From positions 2,984 to 66,983 of IMG/VR virus record IMGVR_UViG_3300039286_000350: 64,000 nt of DNA, one strand, 5' to 3'. Made by a program: the position numbers and the translations under genes. A model generated the notes under the pieces. It was not told the DNA's origin, searched no databases, and saw nothing but the letters and a program-made list of their open reading frames with translations. This DNA comes from a virus. Position 1 is the first letter of the stretch. Each line of letters opens with the position of its first letter. Below are positions 63,182 to 64,000 of this stretch, piece by piece.

Positions 63182-64000
63182 TTAGGCCGCTGGTTCTGGT
63201 GCTCTTCGTACTGGGAAGGCAGGGAGGCCGTTTCCATTCAGTTCTGAAGGGGATAGCGGAGATTCAAGAGAGAGCTGCGCCGCTTTCGCGATCTCGTCCT
63301 GCAGTCGATCTTGCTCCGTCTCAGGATCAATGCCAGGAATCCTCTCCTGTGCCGTCCTAGTCGAGAGAATCTGTTTGCCACCAGTTGCTAGTGACATATC
63401 GCTAATGATCTCACCAATGGCCTGTGGCATCATATTACACCAGTCATAGTCAAAGGCCCAGGTGTCATACTTGTATTCCGCACCATATTGCTTGCCCTTG
63501 ATAACCATCTCATCAAAGATGAGAGCGAGCATGTACGTAGCAGATAGGGCATCAGCGTATGGGTTGTGTGCACGATTTGTGACTGCCTGGAGAGGACCAT
63601 ACCGAATCAGCAAGGCCAATCCAGACGGCGTAGCGCCAAAGCCGGACTCAGCTTCACCCTCTGCAATCGGCGGTATGTGCGCATCTAGATGTAACTCTCG
63701 GTCAAGGGCATCAGTCACAAATTGCATGACCGCTGTATCAGTGTTCATTGTAAGAACAGTGGCCGAAGAATTCTCGCCGCCATAGATCACGTCATCGAAG
63801 TCAGTTCGTAGGGCGCCATCTTCCTTCCGAACACCCGACAAGAACAGTTTGGCATGGGCGTTGATTCTGGCTACACGTTCCGCGTAATAGAACATCTCGT
63901 TGTACTTCTCTGTCTTTGGGATTAGCGTTCCAACATCATCATCACCATAGCGAGTGTTCCAAATATACTTGTTCCGGCCGTGGACAATAGGGATAACAGG
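63182..64000 (-). CDS. Portal protein (SPP1 gp6-like), 5' part outside the window
   Basis: Synteny upstream of MuF; LSTRTAQERIPGIDPETEQDRL C-terminus. Confidence 0.75.
   Translation of the reverse strand, partial: PVIPIVHGRNKYIWNTRYGDDDVGTLIPKTEKYNEMFYYAERVARINAHAKLFLSGVRKEDGALRTDFDDVIYGGENSSATVLTMNTDTAVMQFVTDALDRELHLDAHIPPIAEGEAESGFGATPSGLALLIRYGPLQAVTNRAHNPYADALSATYMLALIFDEMVIKGKQYGAEYKYDTWAFDYDWCNMMPQAIGEIISDMSLATGGKQILSTRTAQERIPGIDPETEQDRLQDEIAKAAQLSLESPLSPSELNGNGLPAFPVRRAPEPAA

Noticed and set aside
1-64000. CRISPR array, diversity-generating retroelement, integrase or IS element
   Set aside because: No regularly spaced repeats, reverse transcriptase, recombinase or transposase motifs found

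Overview
64 kb of a large tailed (siphovirus-type) bacteriophage genome, with essentially every gene on the minus strand. (1) 1-6.9 kb is an RNA island: 21 readable tRNAs, a tmRNA, three circularly permuted tRNA-like units that lack a contiguous anticodon loop, two tRNAs with a non-canonical 8/4 acceptor/T fold, three degenerate tRNA-like elements, a ~570 nt ROOL-like large RNA and several other helix-closed spacers. (2) 6.9-28.6 kb holds replication, nucleotide-metabolism and accessory genes: APRT, DnaB helicase, SLOG protein, two MazG-like proteins, an NDT-like protein, a SNF2-type helicase and dozens of small ORFs. (3) 28.6-64 kb is the virion module: tail tip genes, Dit, a 2562-aa tape measure protein, tail chaperones with a -1 frameshift, major tail protein, a glycosyltransferase, head-tail joining genes, major capsid, scaffold, MuF-like protein and a partial portal. 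The most unusual signal is the set of permuted and 8/4 tRNA-like RNAs inside the tRNA array. All protein and RNA family calls come from motif recognition and manual base-pairing. No database search was run, and the host is not determined.
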